This document shows, one piece after another, positions 46,376-57,185 of a stretch of DNA of 64,000 nt. Source of the DNA: an uncultured Nitrososphaerales archaeon (GTDB lineage: Archaea > Thermoproteota > Nitrososphaeria > Nitrososphaerales > Gagatemarchaeaceae). The notes under the pieces are model-generated. The model saw nothing but the letters and a program-made list of their open reading frames with translations. It did no database searches and was not told the origin of the DNA. Every line of letters begins with the position of its first letter. Within the stretch, counting starts at the first letter, position 1. The stretch spans positions 544,001-608,000 of the forward strand of contig OY970160.1 of NCBI GenBank assembly GCA_963706445.1, in the 5' to 3' direction. A program made the translations under genes and the position numbers.

Positions 46376-48691
46376 ATGGGGATCACAGCCGAGTCCGCCA
46401 CAGCTCGGGCCGGCGGACTGAGGTCGTCAGCGCTCAGGAGGCCCCTTACCCTCCAATCAAGGGGGTGCAGAATCACCATCGATCCCGACGGCTCGGTCAG
46501 GTCGCTCTACTCCCTCGGGGAAAGGAGGGCCCTCTTCGGCTTCGAGCAGATCTGGTTGTACAAAGTCCAGGCGGGGGTCGTAGTCCAAGCACAGAGGCCC
46601 GACTGGGCCATCCGAATTTCGCCGCGAGGCATCCAGTTCTCCGGGAGGGCGTTCGAGGCCGTCGACGTCACCCAGGGAGTGGAGTTCCACCAGGGCGAGT
46701 CCATCGGATTCGTCCGACGACTCCGGCTGAAGAACTCAGGGCAGGGGCCCATGAAGCTGCGGGTCCTGGAGCTCGCCGACCCCACGGCTGCGCAGTTCGG
46801 AGCATCATCGGGTGCCTGGGGCTCGCTCGGAGTCAACGCGTTCAGCAGGGAGAGCCACGTGGCCATGGACGAGGTGTCAGACCCTCCGTCGGCAAGGGTG
46901 GTCGGCGCCAATCCGCCACCATCGAAGATCTACATGACGAACAGCAGGTCCCGGTCCCTGGACCTCGTCCAGGGGGGTGAACTCCCTGAGTCTACGGCGG
47001 GCATGTCGGGCCAGGTCGTCGTGGTGTCCACTCACGAGATCGAGCTCGCCCCCGGCGAATCGAAGGAAGTGGCCTTCGTCTCGCTTTACAACCAGGGGAA
47101 GCTGGAGAAGGTCCTCTCTGACTTCAGCCGCCTCCAGGGCGGGGAAAGGCCGAGCCAGACCCGCCTCCCTGTTCTCGCATGTTCTGATCCCACAATCACG
47201 GAAGCAGCGGCCTGGGCCCTTTCTTCGCTCGAGGGGGCGGCCTGTGCCGAAGACCCGCTTGACAGGTATGAATCGCTGAAGGCCCTCTCATACCTCCTAC
47301 CTTCGACTGCGAGGATCCAGATGAACGCGGCAAAGGAGGGGATAAGGAAGGACGGCTCCCTCCCCCACTCTCTTCGGGCGACCCTCCCCGGACTTCTTGA
47401 GACCGCCGTCTTCCTCCGTTCGGCGGCTTGGACTCTTGCCGTAGCCCAGGACAAGAAGCAGGCCCGGGCTTCCTACCCAGCCATCAAGAAGCTGGCTGGC
47501 TTTCTCCTCGCCTCCTCGAAGGACTTCTCGGTCCTGGCCGACCCCGGCCTCCCTCAGGGGTGGCGAAGACGCCTTGGGAGCGGATACCCGACGGGCGAGA
47601 TACCAGAACTCTCTCTTGCTGTCTCGGAAGCTCTAGATGCTGCCTCCCAGGTGTCCAGACTGATTGGAAGGTCCGACGAGGCGGGGCGCTACAAAGAGCG
47701 GTCAGAAATGATCTCGGACCACGTCAGGAAAAGGCTCCTCGATGAAAGGGGGTTCCTTTCCCTGTGCCGAGACTCCTCGGGGCGGCTTAGAGAGGACGAA
47801 ACCATCGACATGGCGATGGCGGCATACAGGCATGAGTTCCTTCCCTCCGCCGAGCAGGCGGCGGCCCACAGGCTCCTGGAGAAGGACTTCGACACTCCAT
47901 ATGGGCCTAGGTGCGTCCCGAACTCCAACCAGGTCTACTTCAACCGAGCCTACGGGAGCGGGCAGCTGGGAGGCGTCTGGACGCGAGCAGTGCTCGCGCA
48001 CGCTCTGGTCTGCTATCGAACTGGGTTGTCTGGGATAGGGAGCCTGGCCCTCCGAAAGGTCGCCAAATTGGTGGTCGACGACGCGCCGCGCCTGGGCGGT
48101 TCGCCGGGGGAGTTCCCGATGTGGGTCGACGTGGACGCTGGAGAGGCCCACTCCGACGGCGGAGACCCCGTGGCCGCGGCTCGGTTCATCGAGGTCCTCA
48201 TTGAAGGGGAGCTGGGGATCCCATCAGGCTCTGATCGGCGGGCCTTCTCCCCGTCGGCTTCGTCGGGGATTTCATGGCTGATGGCCGCCGATGTCTGGCT
48301 GGGAGAGCCTGCGTCTGTCTTCATGGGCAGGGCAGGCGGTGGACCGCACCTCTTCATCGGCGGGGGGAAGATAGACGCAAGGTCCGGCATAAGGTTCGCC
48401 AAAGCCGAGCTCCTCGACCTGCAGGCGAGGGGGGTCCATGGACTCCTCCTGCACACCCCGGGTCAGGTAATATGCCTGGGCAACAGCACGTCAGCCCAGG
48501 TCACAGTCGCAGTGACCTTCCCTCCAAGGGCCGCAGAGCTCACGAAGCGCCTTAGCACGTCGCTGGAAGCTTTCGACCCGGCGAAGGGCTCATGGACCAA
48601 GACTGGGAGCATCAGAGTCTTCCCCACCATGGAGTTCGAAGCGACAGTCGAGCCGAACGGGTGGAAAGTCTTCAGGGTCTCGACACCTTAA
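46376..48691 (+). CDS. Glycogen debranching / six-hairpin glycosidase-like protein, divergent
   Basis: DFDTPYGPR...YGSGQLGGVW-type C-terminal motifs. Confidence 0.55.
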   Translation: MGITAESATARAGGLRSSALRRPLTLQSRGCRITIDPDGSVRSLYSLGERRALFGFEQIWLYKVQAGVVVQAQRPDWAIRISPRGIQFSGRAFEAVDVTQGVEFHQGESIGFVRRLRLKNSGQGPMKLRVLELADPTAAQFGASSGAWGSLGVNAFSRESHVAMDEVSDPPSARVVGANPPPSKIYMTNSRSRSLDLVQGGELPESTAGMSGQVVVVSTHEIELAPGESKEVAFVSLYNQGKLEKVLSDFSRLQGGERPSQTRLPVLACSDPTITEAAAWALSSLEGAACAEDPLDRYESLKALSYLLPSTARIQMNAAKEGIRKDGSLPHSLRATLPGLLETAVFLRSAAWTLAVAQDKKQARASYPAIKKLAGFLLASSKDFSVLADPGLPQGWRRRLGSGYPTGEIPELSLAVSEALDAASQVSRLIGRSDEAGRYKERSEMISDHVRKRLLDERGFLSLCRDSSGRLREDETIDMAMAAYRHEFLPSAEQAAAHRLLEKDFDTPYGPRCVPNSNQVYFNRAYGSGQLGGVWTRAVLAHALVCYRTGLSGIGSLALRKVAKLVVDDAPRLGGSPGEFPMWVDVDAGEAHSDGGDPVAAARFIEVLIEGELGIPSGSDRRAFSPSASSGISWLMAADVWLGEPASVFMGRAGGGPHLFIGGGKIDARSGIRFAKAELLDLQARGVHGLLLHTPGQVICLGNSTSAQVTVAVTFPPRAAELTKRLSTSLEAFDPAKGSWTKTGSIRVFPTMEFEATVEPNGWKVFRVSTP

Positions 48692-48719
48692 AAGCGCTGG
48701 CAGCGCTCGACGGCCCATC

Positions 48720-49718
48720 TTGGGGGGAGCATCTGTTACCGCCAACGGCGGCATCCAGGTGGAGATCGGGAAGATGCGATACGTCCTCGACCCCCACTCC
48801 CACGTCCGCTCAGACTACACGTTCGTCTCCCACGCACATCTGGACCACATGCACACCCCATCGAAGAAGGAGCGCATCATCGCTTCCCAGGCGACGGCGG
48901 AGCTTGCGAAGGCGAGAGGGTACGACCTCGGAGAGACGACCGAGGAGGTCGAAGGGGTCGAGCTCCTGGACTCCGGGCACATCCTCGGGTCGCGGGCGAT
49001 ACGGATCGAGGACGAGGTGTACTACACCGGAGACGCCTCGGGGAGGGCGCGGGGGTTCCTGGGAAGGTGCAAGACGCGCCAGGCGCGAATTCTCGTCATG
49101 GAGACGACCTACGGCACCCCGGAGTACGTCTTCCCTTCAACCGCCAAACTGGTCAAGGAGGTGAACGGCCTGATCGCGTCCGCCTACGACAGGGGGAGCC
49201 CCGTGGTCCTGATGGGGTACCCCCTTGGCAAGGCACAGCTCTTGTCATACTACTTCTCCAGCTGGGACCCGGTCTACTACCACGATAGCGTTGCAAAGAT
49301 GAACAGGATCCACATAGAACACGGGGTCCCCCTGAAGGTTGGCAAGCCCTTCGATCCTACAAAGGATCAGGATCGGCTCCCCAGGGGCCCCTGGGTCATG
49401 ATCAGCCCGATGGCGAGCGGCCGGAACAGGATGATGGCCCAACTGAAGAATGAGTACGGGGCACTGCTGGTGGCGTTCAGCGGCTGGGCGCTCGGGCCAG
49501 GGTACAGGCACACCATGGGGGCCGACTACTCCTTCCCCCTGAGCGACCACTGCGACTATCAGGAGCTCATTGAGCTGGTCAAAGGGGTCTCGCCGGAGAT
49601 GGTCTACACGGTCCACGGCTTTGCCGCCGAGTTCGCGAAGGACCTGCGCAAGATGGGATTCAGCGCCCGGCCCCTGGACGGGTACCAATCCTCTCTTTCT
49701 GATTACCTGAAAGTGTGA
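48720..49718 (+). CDS. MBL-fold beta-CASP nuclease
   Basis: SHAHLDH, SGHILG, YTGD, METTYG, SDHCD, VHG. Confidence 0.9.
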   Translation: MGGASVTANGGIQVEIGKMRYVLDPHSHVRSDYTFVSHAHLDHMHTPSKKERIIASQATAELAKARGYDLGETTEEVEGVELLDSGHILGSRAIRIEDEVYYTGDASGRARGFLGRCKTRQARILVMETTYGTPEYVFPSTAKLVKEVNGLIASAYDRGSPVVLMGYPLGKAQLLSYYFSSWDPVYYHDSVAKMNRIHIEHGVPLKVGKPFDPTKDQDRLPRGPWVMISPMASGRNRMMAQLKNEYGALLVAFSGWALGPGYRHTMGADYSFPLSDHCDYQELIELVKGVSPEMVYTVHGFAAEFAKDLRKMGFSARPLDGYQSSLSDYLKV

Positions 49719-49756
49719 CCCCGAATAAATAGGGCTCCCTGGGCCGCCCACTCCAA

Positions 49757-50272
49757 TTGACTGAGACAGGCCCGGAGCTCAAGGGTGCCAAGACATTCAG
49801 CTACTGGCGTCGTTTCATCAAGTTCAACCTGGTCGGCCTAAGTGGCGTCGCAGTGAACGAAGGGCTGCTGGTCTTGCTCGCTGCCGAGGGGGTCTACTAC
49901 CTATACGCCAGCACGATTGCCATCGAGGTCTCGATAGTATCGAACTTCGTCTTCAACGATTTTTGGACTTTCCGCGACCGAAGGCACGGCCACGTGGTCA
50001 CGAGATTCCTCAAGTTCAATGGGCTTATGATAATCGGTCTAGTGGCGAATCTTGCGATTCTGTACGGTGCCACTTCGCACCTCGGAATCAATTATGCCCT
50101 GTCGAACCTCGTGGGGATCGGAGCGGCCTTCCTGATTAGGTACTGGCTCAGTGTGAACTATGCCTGGATCAAGAAGGAGGAGGACTCCGTTGAACCGCCC
50201 CGGGACTCCTTGCATAGAGTGCGTATCCAGGAGCAGCTAGCCGACCCTGAGGTAGACCGGCCGTCCATCTAG
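49757..50272 (+). CDS. GtrA-family protein
   Basis: FIKFNLVG...SNFVFNDFWTF; four TM segments. Confidence 0.9.
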   Translation: MTETGPELKGAKTFSYWRRFIKFNLVGLSGVAVNEGLLVLLAAEGVYYLYASTIAIEVSIVSNFVFNDFWTFRDRRHGHVVTRFLKFNGLMIIGLVANLAILYGATSHLGINYALSNLVGIGAAFLIRYWLSVNYAWIKKEEDSVEPPRDSLHRVRIQEQLADPEVDRPSI

Positions 50273-53200
50273 GTCTGATTCGGTCCATCCCTTTGGCAGG
50301 CCCTTTTCCCTGCTTAGGTCGACCTTCCTCACCCGGACCAGAAATCGGATTTCGTCCTTTTTGGGCTCGAGGAGGGCGAGGTCCTCGTCTTCTAGCCCCG
50401 ATATGGACGCAGATGCGAGGATAGCTGTCGGCTTGAATCCCTTCTCCTTTCTCAGTGCCTGCAACCGGCGAGCAACGTCCCTTACCAAGCCCTCGGCGAC
50501 CATACCGTCGTCCCTCTCCCTCCCGACCGCGACGAAGATGCCCGCTTTCTCGGCGACTGCGAACCCTTCATGGGGCTCCGTGACCAACTCAAAGGCTGAG
50601 AGCGGGACGTCATATGACCCCGCCTTGAGCGCCCTACCCCCACTGTATGCCTTCAATGCCTCGTCTCCGTGGAGGGACTTCAGCGATCCCATCACTTCCC
50701 TCGTCTTCTCCTTGAACAGCGCCCCCACCCTCGAGGGGTTGGGCTTCAGCAGGAATTCTGCGGGGAACTTCGAAGCCTTGGTCAGGACGTCGACCCCTTT
50801 GACGTTGCAAAGCAGGGCGACCGTCCTCCTCGATCCGCCAGCTACGGCGGCCCGCTTCTGGGGGACCAGGACCAGGATTCTATTCAACGGCCAGCGCCTT
50901 TTGAGCTTCGCCTTCGTCCTGGCCGAGTTGCACGCCTCCTCCACCTTGAGGGCGAAGTCGACGGTCTCCTCGGCCGCGGCTGATTTCGGAGACTTCTCCT
51001 TCATCCAACCTAACGCAAGCATTGGGGCCGCCCATGGCTTCCGAGCGAAGACCTCCTGGAAGAGGAACTCCGTGGCGAAGGGGCTGGTGGGGTGCATGAG
51101 CTCGTCCGCCGCCTTCAGACTGTGGCCCAGTACGGCGTAGATCGCCAGGCGTCTGGTCCTCCACCTGGCGTCATCATTCCATAGCTCGCTCCTCACCAGG
51201 CGCACATAGGTCTGGCTTAGATGGTTGATTACGAGCTCCTCGAGAGCCTTCGCTGCCTCGTTGTACTTCCCCCTAGCATAACTCTGCCTGACACCAGCCT
51301 CGGCACCTGCTAGCTTGGCGAGCATCCACCTCTCGACCACGGTGAGGGCCTTGCGCTTCTGGGCCCACGAGAGGGTGTGCCTTCCGGGGTCGTAGCCGTC
51401 TACTTCCCCGTTCTGTTGGAGATAGAGGTGCAGGTGGTATAGGGTGTTGAGGACCTGGTATGGCCTCCCGGCCATCTCCTTCAGGTCGAAGTTGACCGAA
51501 TCCTCGGGGGTCGCCTTCGAGAGAACATAGAACCTGGCGAGGTCGGCGGAGTTGTTCCTAAGAAGGTCGAGGCCTTGGACCACGTTCCCCAGCCGCTTGC
51601 TCATCTTCTGACCCTTGTCGTCGAGCACGTGCCCTTGGAAGAGGAATGCGCGGTAGGGGGCCTGGGGCTTCCCTGTCTTGATGACGTTAAGCAGCAGGAG
51701 GGTGTACGCCCACCCCCTGGTCTGGTCTATGGCTTCGGTGAGGAACTCGACTGGGACCAAGGCCCGCGCTTCCTCGTCAGTGAAGGACGCGTAGGGGGAG
51801 GCACCGCTGTTGTGCCATGTGTCCAGTACGAAGGGCTCCCTGTGCGCCTTCCCTCCGCACTTCGGACAGTTGAGGACCACCCTGTCTATCCATGGCCGGT
51901 GGAACTCGAAGTTCGGACCGTCCGGGAGCTCTGCGGCCCGGCTGACTATTTCCCTGCGCGAGAAAGCTCCGACCCGCTCCTTGCATGAATCGCAGACCCA
52001 AATCGGGAGCGGTGTCCCCCAGACCCTCTCTCTCGTCACGCACCAGGGAGGGGACTCGGCGAGCCCCGCAAGGAACCTATTCCTGGGGCCATCGAAGAAA
52101 TACTCTACCTTCTCGGCCGCTCTGACGACATCCTTCCTTATCCTGTCTACCCAGTAGAAGTATTCCCTTCTCGCTAGCCAAACCAGCCTGTCGTCCGAGC
52201 GCCAACACACGGGATAGTCGTGGACGATTCTCCCCGCATTGACAAGACTCCCCTTCTCTCTCAGCGCATCCACCACTGCGCCATCGGAGTCCCTGGCGAA
52301 CATCCCTGCGAATCTCCCTGCCTCCTCGGTGAATGTCACCCTGTCGTCGAAGGGGGCGAAGACGGGGAGCCCTCTCTTTGTTGCCACGGCGAAGTCCTCT
52401 TCCCCGTTAGCCGGGGACATGTGCACAAGGCCTGTCCCCGTCGTGACATCCACGAACTCTTCGGCGACCACCCGGTGGGCCTTGGACTGCATCTCGGGGG
52501 TCCTCTGGCCCGGGATCAGGTCGAGCAGCGGGTGCTCGTAGGTTAGGCCTTCTAGCTCCGCCCCCTTGACCTTCTTCTTCGTCTCGCCGAACTTTACCCC
52601 CAGCTCCATTTCGAGGGCCTCCTTCCTCCCGGTGCAGACCACCCAGACCTCGGACCCGGCTTCCACGTACTCGTAGTCAGAGTCCGGTTTGACGCCCACC
52701 AGCTCGTCGGTGACCACCGTGAAGGGCATGGTGGTCCAAACGACAAGATACGCCCCTTCGCCCATCCTCGCCTTGTAGTATAGGCTCGGGTCCTCCAGCT
52801 TCTCGTACCCGCCGAGCGCCACCTCTCCCGCGCTAAGGGCCGTCTGGCACTTCGGGCAGTAGGGGACCACCTTGTATCCCTCGCCCAGAAGTCCCCTCCG
52901 CCAGGCGGTCTCCAGGTACTTCCACTCCCTCTCGATGTACTCGTCCCTGTACGTCATGTATGCCCGCCTGTGGTCTATCATCAGCCCGAGGAGGTCGTCG
53001 GCCTCTTCCCAGTCACGCTTGTACTTCCAGATGAGCTTCTTGCACTCTTCGACCAGCTTGTCTACTCCGACCTTGTTGAGGTCCTCCCACTTGTTCCCCG
53101 AGAGCCCCAACTCCTTCTCCGCTTGCAGCTCCACCGGCAGGCCCTGTGTGTCCCAGCCCCCGCGAAAGACTATGTTCTCCCCTTCGAACGTCCTCGACCT

Positions 53201-53437
53201 GTACCAGAGGTCCTTCATCATCCGGCCGCGGACGTGCCCGACGTGGGGCTGGTTGTTCAGGGTCGGAGGGCCCTCGACATACCCCACGGGCTTGCTCTTC
53301 GAGACCCTTGCCGCGATCTTCACCTTGGTGGCAGGACGCGCATAGAACACCCTGACTTTGCTTTCGATCTTCTTCCAGTCGTACTCTTGGTTGAGGGTAT
53401 GATTCTTTCTAGTACGTCGGGCTAATTTTACGACCAC
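50237..53437 (-). CDS. ileS: Isoleucine-tRNA ligase
   Basis: EGPP...HVGH, WTTMPFT, DQTRGW, KMSKR. Confidence 0.96.
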   Translation of the reverse strand: MVVKLARRTRKNHTLNQEYDWKKIESKVRVFYARPATKVKIAARVSKSKPVGYVEGPPTLNNQPHVGHVRGRMMKDLWYRSRTFEGENIVFRGGWDTQGLPVELQAEKELGLSGNKWEDLNKVGVDKLVEECKKLIWKYKRDWEEADDLLGLMIDHRRAYMTYRDEYIEREWKYLETAWRRGLLGEGYKVVPYCPKCQTALSAGEVALGGYEKLEDPSLYYKARMGEGAYLVVWTTMPFTVVTDELVGVKPDSDYEYVEAGSEVWVVCTGRKEALEMELGVKFGETKKKVKGAELEGLTYEHPLLDLIPGQRTPEMQSKAHRVVAEEFVDVTTGTGLVHMSPANGEEDFAVATKRGLPVFAPFDDRVTFTEEAGRFAGMFARDSDGAVVDALREKGSLVNAGRIVHDYPVCWRSDDRLVWLARREYFYWVDRIRKDVVRAAEKVEYFFDGPRNRFLAGLAESPPWCVTRERVWGTPLPIWVCDSCKERVGAFSRREIVSRAAELPDGPNFEFHRPWIDRVVLNCPKCGGKAHREPFVLDTWHNSGASPYASFTDEEARALVPVEFLTEAIDQTRGWAYTLLLLNVIKTGKPQAPYRAFLFQGHVLDDKGQKMSKRLGNVVQGLDLLRNNSADLARFYVLSKATPEDSVNFDLKEMAGRPYQVLNTLYHLHLYLQQNGEVDGYDPGRHTLSWAQKRKALTVVERWMLAKLAGAEAGVRQSYARGKYNEAAKALEELVINHLSQTYVRLVRSELWNDDARWRTRRLAIYAVLGHSLKAADELMHPTSPFATEFLFQEVFARKPWAAPMLALGWMKEKSPKSAAAEETVDFALKVEEACNSARTKAKLKRRWPLNRILVLVPQKRAAVAGGSRRTVALLCNVKGVDVLTKASKFPAEFLLKPNPSRVGALFKEKTREVMGSLKSLHGDEALKAYSGGRALKAGSYDVPLSAFELVTEPHEGFAVAEKAGIFVAVGRERDDGMVAEGLVRDVARRLQALRKEKGFKPTAILASASISGLEDEDLALLEPKKDEIRFLVRVRKVDLSREKGLPKGWTESDLDGRPVYLRVG

Positions 53438-53470
53438 TCAAGCCACCCCACCGTCAGACGAGGGATTATT

Positions 53471-54172
53471 TCAACTTCCCGAAAGGAGCCTATCGGCGTG
53501 GGCCGAAGGGAGGCCAGCCGCCCTTATCTTCCCCGCGGCCTTCGCGTAGTCGTAATCGATACGGACGACCTCTACCTTCGCCCCCTCCACTGCAGGCTCG
53601 ACGAGCGCATAGGAAGCCCTCCTGTCTCCGTCTCTGGGTTGCCCCACCGAACCTGGGTTGATTACCACGCGCTCCCCCTCCCGCCAGACGTATGGGATGT
53701 GGGTGTGCCCGAGGCCGATGACATCGACCTTCTTCTTGTCGAGATAGTACCCGAACAGGTCCGAATGGGTCCTTGGGTCGACGTACTCCCAGAGCCTGTC
53801 GTCGGGGCTGCCGTGGGTAAAATAGGCCCTCGTCCCATGGAGGTCGAGGTTGAACTCCTCCGGAAGGCCACGAAGGTAATCCCTGCTATTAGCGGTCAGA
53901 TTCCTGGCCGTCCAGACGGCTGACATCGCCGCCCTGGGGTTGAACAACGAAGTGTCCCCGGTCAGGGCTGCGACGTCATGGTTGCCCACTATCGATTTCA
54001 CTCCTCGCTTTCGGACTAGTTCAATGACTTCGTTTGGATTTGCGCCGTAGTCGACGAGGTCTCCCAGGCAGTACACCTCCAAGCCCTGCGTCAAATCGAA
54101 GACTGCCTCTAGCGCTTCCAGGTTCGCGTGCACATCGGAGATGACTGCTAACTTCATGGAGCCCACATCCAA
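53471..54172 (-). CDS. Metallophosphoesterase (YfcE/MJ0912-like)
   Basis: SDVHAN, LGD, GNHD, HGSP, GHTH, NPGSVGQPRD. Confidence 0.92.
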   Translation of the reverse strand: MDVGSMKLAVISDVHANLEALEAVFDLTQGLEVYCLGDLVDYGANPNEVIELVRKRGVKSIVGNHDVAALTGDTSLFNPRAAMSAVWTARNLTANSRDYLRGLPEEFNLDLHGTRAYFTHGSPDDRLWEYVDPRTHSDLFGYYLDKKKVDVIGLGHTHIPYVWREGERVVINPGSVGQPRDGDRRASYALVEPAVEGAKVEVVRIDYDYAKAAGKIRAAGLPSAHADRLLSGS

Positions 54173-54304
54173 TCAGTAGAAGAAAAGGAATAGGGCAGCA
54201 ATGATAGCGGAGTCAAAGAAGAATGAATCTTAATGCGGTTGTGAAGAAGATTATACTACTCCCCACTTAGAGAATTTGAGACCCCGTGATATTCGAAGCT
54301 ATCC

Positions 54305-54955
54305 ATGTCTGCGTTCGCAGGTAAATGGGAAAAGCAAAACAGCCAGAGTTTCGGCACTCGGGTTAAGGATTCCGTAAAGAATCCCGGACCCCTGAAGCCG
54401 AGGCTCGACCTCGCCGTCCGACAAATCCAAGTCCAAGTCGCCAAACTCGACTCCACCACCAACAAACTAAGGGAGAGGGATAACTCGATCTTCGCAAAGG
54501 TCGTTACCTCTCTACAAAAGCACGACACACAGCACGCGTCTGTATTCGCCAACGAGCTTGCCGAGATCAGAAAGATGAACAAGATGGTCACGCAAGCGAA
54601 ACTGGCCCTAGAACAGATAGTGCTCAGACTCAACACGATCACGGAACTCGGTGACATCGTAGTCACCCTGACCCCGGCGATGGCAGTAATACGCAACGTC
54701 AAGGCCGGCTTGGTGGGCGTACTGCCTGAGGCGGAGAGCGAGATCGGTGAGATCTCTGGCTTGCTAAGTAGCATCCTGGTAGACGCCGGGACAGTCGGTG
54801 GATACTCGCTGAACTTCGAAGCGGCCAACGAGGACGCAGAGAAGATCCTTGCCGAGGCATCTGCAGTAGCAGAGACTCGTATGAAGGAGAAATTCCCCGA
54901 GATCCCCAGCACCCTGCCGTCCGCCGAATCTACATCCGAGGGTACCTCGTACTAA
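54305..54955 (+). CDS. cdvB: ESCRT-III (Snf7/CdvB1/2-like) protein
   Basis: FANELAEIRK...LALEQIVLRLNTITELGD. Confidence 0.9.
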   Translation: MSAFAGKWEKQNSQSFGTRVKDSVKNPGPLKPRLDLAVRQIQVQVAKLDSTTNKLRERDNSIFAKVVTSLQKHDTQHASVFANELAEIRKMNKMVTQAKLALEQIVLRLNTITELGDIVVTLTPAMAVIRNVKAGLVGVLPEAESEIGEISGLLSSILVDAGTVGGYSLNFEAANEDAEKILAEASAVAETRMKEKFPEIPSTLPSAESTSEGTSY

Positions 54956-55015
54956 AGCGAGTACCCTCTCTCCTTTGTTTTCAGATTTCTGAGAAACTTT
55001 TGCGCAATCGTCCGG

Positions 55016-55663
55016 TCATGAAGGGAGCACCCGCGTTCTGATGGCGAGAGACCCGACTGAGCGGTAAATGCAAAGTATCCACGCAATTGCCGCAATGAAA
55101 GCCAAGGGAGATGGAAGGAAGATTAGCAGCAAGAAGCTGGCTATGCTCAGGACGACCCACTTTGTGTAGGTCTTGATTCTTCTGTCAGAGATGCGACGAT
55201 ACGTTACGGCAAGGACTACTATCGCATACAAGGTCACAGCTGCGAAGACGACAAAAGTGACAAAACTGGCGAAAGCCGCCTCAGCCGTGCTGAACCACCA
55301 CGGTGGAAGCGAAACTACCCCATACGCCGAAAAGAGAGCGGCGAAAGCTACGATTCCACCGCCCTTTTTCCAGGACAGGGTATCCCTGTGGAAGAAGTCT
55401 GCAGATAGTGCGACATTGATGTTGTTGGCGATCCATCCATAAAGCACGAGAAATGTGAAGCCCCAGATAACGCCCTCGACGACTACCGCGGTGACCGTTG
55501 ACGGGGTCTCGCCGAAGATGCTATCTAGATAGGTGGCCACAAAAAACGAACCTACGGACAATCCACCGATGGCCGTCCAGAGCGCCCGTGTCCGGGCTGG
55601 GTGGTCTACGAGAGCCCTCCTCAGGCTGAGAGCCCTGTATATGGTGTAGACGACGACACCCAA
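55016..55663 (-). CDS. Multi-pass membrane protein (6-7 TM)
   Basis: Alternating hydrophobic segments; co-oriented downstream of a KaiC-like gene. Confidence 0.7.
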   Translation of the reverse strand: MGVVVYTIYRALSLRRALVDHPARTRALWTAIGGLSVGSFFVATYLDSIFGETPSTVTAVVVEGVIWGFTFLVLYGWIANNINVALSADFFHRDTLSWKKGGGIVAFAALFSAYGVVSLPPWWFSTAEAAFASFVTFVVFAAVTLYAIVVLAVTYRRISDRRIKTYTKWVVLSIASFLLLIFLPSPLAFIAAIAWILCIYRSVGSLAIRTRVLPS

Positions 55664-55694
55664 GAGGACAACTTGGACGGCGTCTTGCAGCGCG

Positions 55695-56363
55695 TCACTT
55701 GGTGACGTTCGGCGTTACCTCCATCATCCCGTGGACGAACGAGAACCTGAACCACCCTTGCAAAGGGGGCTGACCTAACATTTGGCGCACTCGCATCACA
55801 GTCGTCACGGAGAGCCCTTCCTCGAACAGCTTCATCTCCAGAACCCCGTCGAAAAGGTGCACCATTGATGCGATGGTGGCTGGGGTGTGCATCTCCTCGT
55901 CTCCCAAGGCGAGTATCACGGCATCGTACCGCTTCACTTCTTCGACAAGCTGCGACCAGTAGCTGTACATCGATTCGGCTGGATTCAGTACGAGCAGCGG
56001 GGAAAGAATGTCCGTCACGACCCTGATCCGCCTTTCGGGGTTCCTCTGCAGGGCCTGCTTGATGTTATACGAGATCGAGGTGGTGTCCCGAAGGTCACAA
56101 TTCACAGCAGAACCAGAGCTCGCAATCCACTCTGGGACCCTGTCCGTGCTGATGCCGAAACCCTTCATGTCTCTGGTCACATCCGAGACTGGCCGGTGGG
56201 TGACGTAGAGGCAGTAGTCGCCTTGCGTGAGTCCGGACCTCATGAACCAGTACCCCAGCGCCTGCTTTCCGAGCCCCGACTGGCCTAGTACAAGTATGGA
56301 AGACCTATCGGGGTAACCATCGTTGATAATCTGGTCCAGGGTTGGGACCCCCGTCGATACCAA
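55695..56363 (-). CDS. KaiC/RAD55-like ATPase with degenerate motifs
   Basis: STGVPTLD, GQSGLGKQ, VVTD, FDGVLEM. Confidence 0.85.
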   Translation of the reverse strand: MVSTGVPTLDQIINDGYPDRSSILVLGQSGLGKQALGYWFMRSGLTQGDYCLYVTHRPVSDVTRDMKGFGISTDRVPEWIASSGSAVNCDLRDTTSISYNIKQALQRNPERRIRVVTDILSPLLVLNPAESMYSYWSQLVEEVKRYDAVILALGDEEMHTPATIASMVHLFDGVLEMKLFEEGLSVTTVMRVRQMLGQPPLQGWFRFSFVHGMMEVTPNVTK

Positions 56364-56411
56364 ACGCTCCCGGTCAACTGCGATGCAAGATAAGCGTATT
56401 CGAGTCCGACT

Positions 56412-56996
56412 TTACAGGAGCGAGGACGCGGCGAGGACGACCATCAGGACAAGGAACACGATCGATAGGAGGAAGAACCACTGGGCCCCCCTCATCTCCC
56501 CGACCTTCCGATCCACTTTACGCGAGAGTGCATAGATCTCCTTTATCGATTCGGCATACCACCTCTCGGTAAGTTCGCCGACTCCGACATTCGCGAAGTA
56601 CCCTGTCCATTCCTCTTCTTTCATCGAAGCTATCTTGTCAGCGTATCCTGTGGGGCTAGGGGCCGCGTAGGAGCTCTTACCGCCCGGGCGTCTCCCCGGA
56701 ATGACGTGCACCCTCGGACCCATTGCCTGAAGCATGAAAGCAGTCGCTATGGCGACTGAAATCACGAAGCCAAGGAAGAGCAGGGACACCAGGTCGACGC
56801 CTCCCACCCGATAGTACAGCTTGTCTGCGAGGAAAGATGTGTAGAGGATCGTCGCCCCAACGGTGAGGAATGACATCGAACTGAATACACGTCCCACCTT
56901 GTCGTCAAGATTGTCTGTGGTGTGGATCACCCTCCCGAGCATCTCCTGCGCCATTGACAGGCGCTTCGAGAGTTCGTCCTCGTTCTTGGCATCCAA
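56412..56996 (-). CDS. Pycsar-effector-like (DUF5706) three-TM protein
   Basis: NLDDKVG-TM-TM-MGPR...YADKIASM..EEW...EIYALSRKVDRK-TM architecture. Confidence 0.7.
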   Translation of the reverse strand: MDAKNEDELSKRLSMAQEMLGRVIHTTDNLDDKVGRVFSSMSFLTVGATILYTSFLADKLYYRVGGVDLVSLLFLGFVISVAIATAFMLQAMGPRVHVIPGRRPGGKSSYAAPSPTGYADKIASMKEEEWTGYFANVGVGELTERWYAESIKEIYALSRKVDRKVGEMRGAQWFFLLSIVFLVLMVVLAASSLL

Positions 56997-57185
56997 CTAG
57001 GACAGACCCGTTCTGCGAAGTCGATTTAAGGCCTGTTGAGCTCCAGTTGCGGTTAGCGTTGAAGGCGGTCGAAGAGGAATATCAGGACCTGGCAAGGGGA
57101 TCTCGCGTCGATTCCCTCAAAATCTAGTTGGGACGCGCCGGCAATCGAGATACACTAATAATCTACGGAAGGCAGCCGTCGCAAC

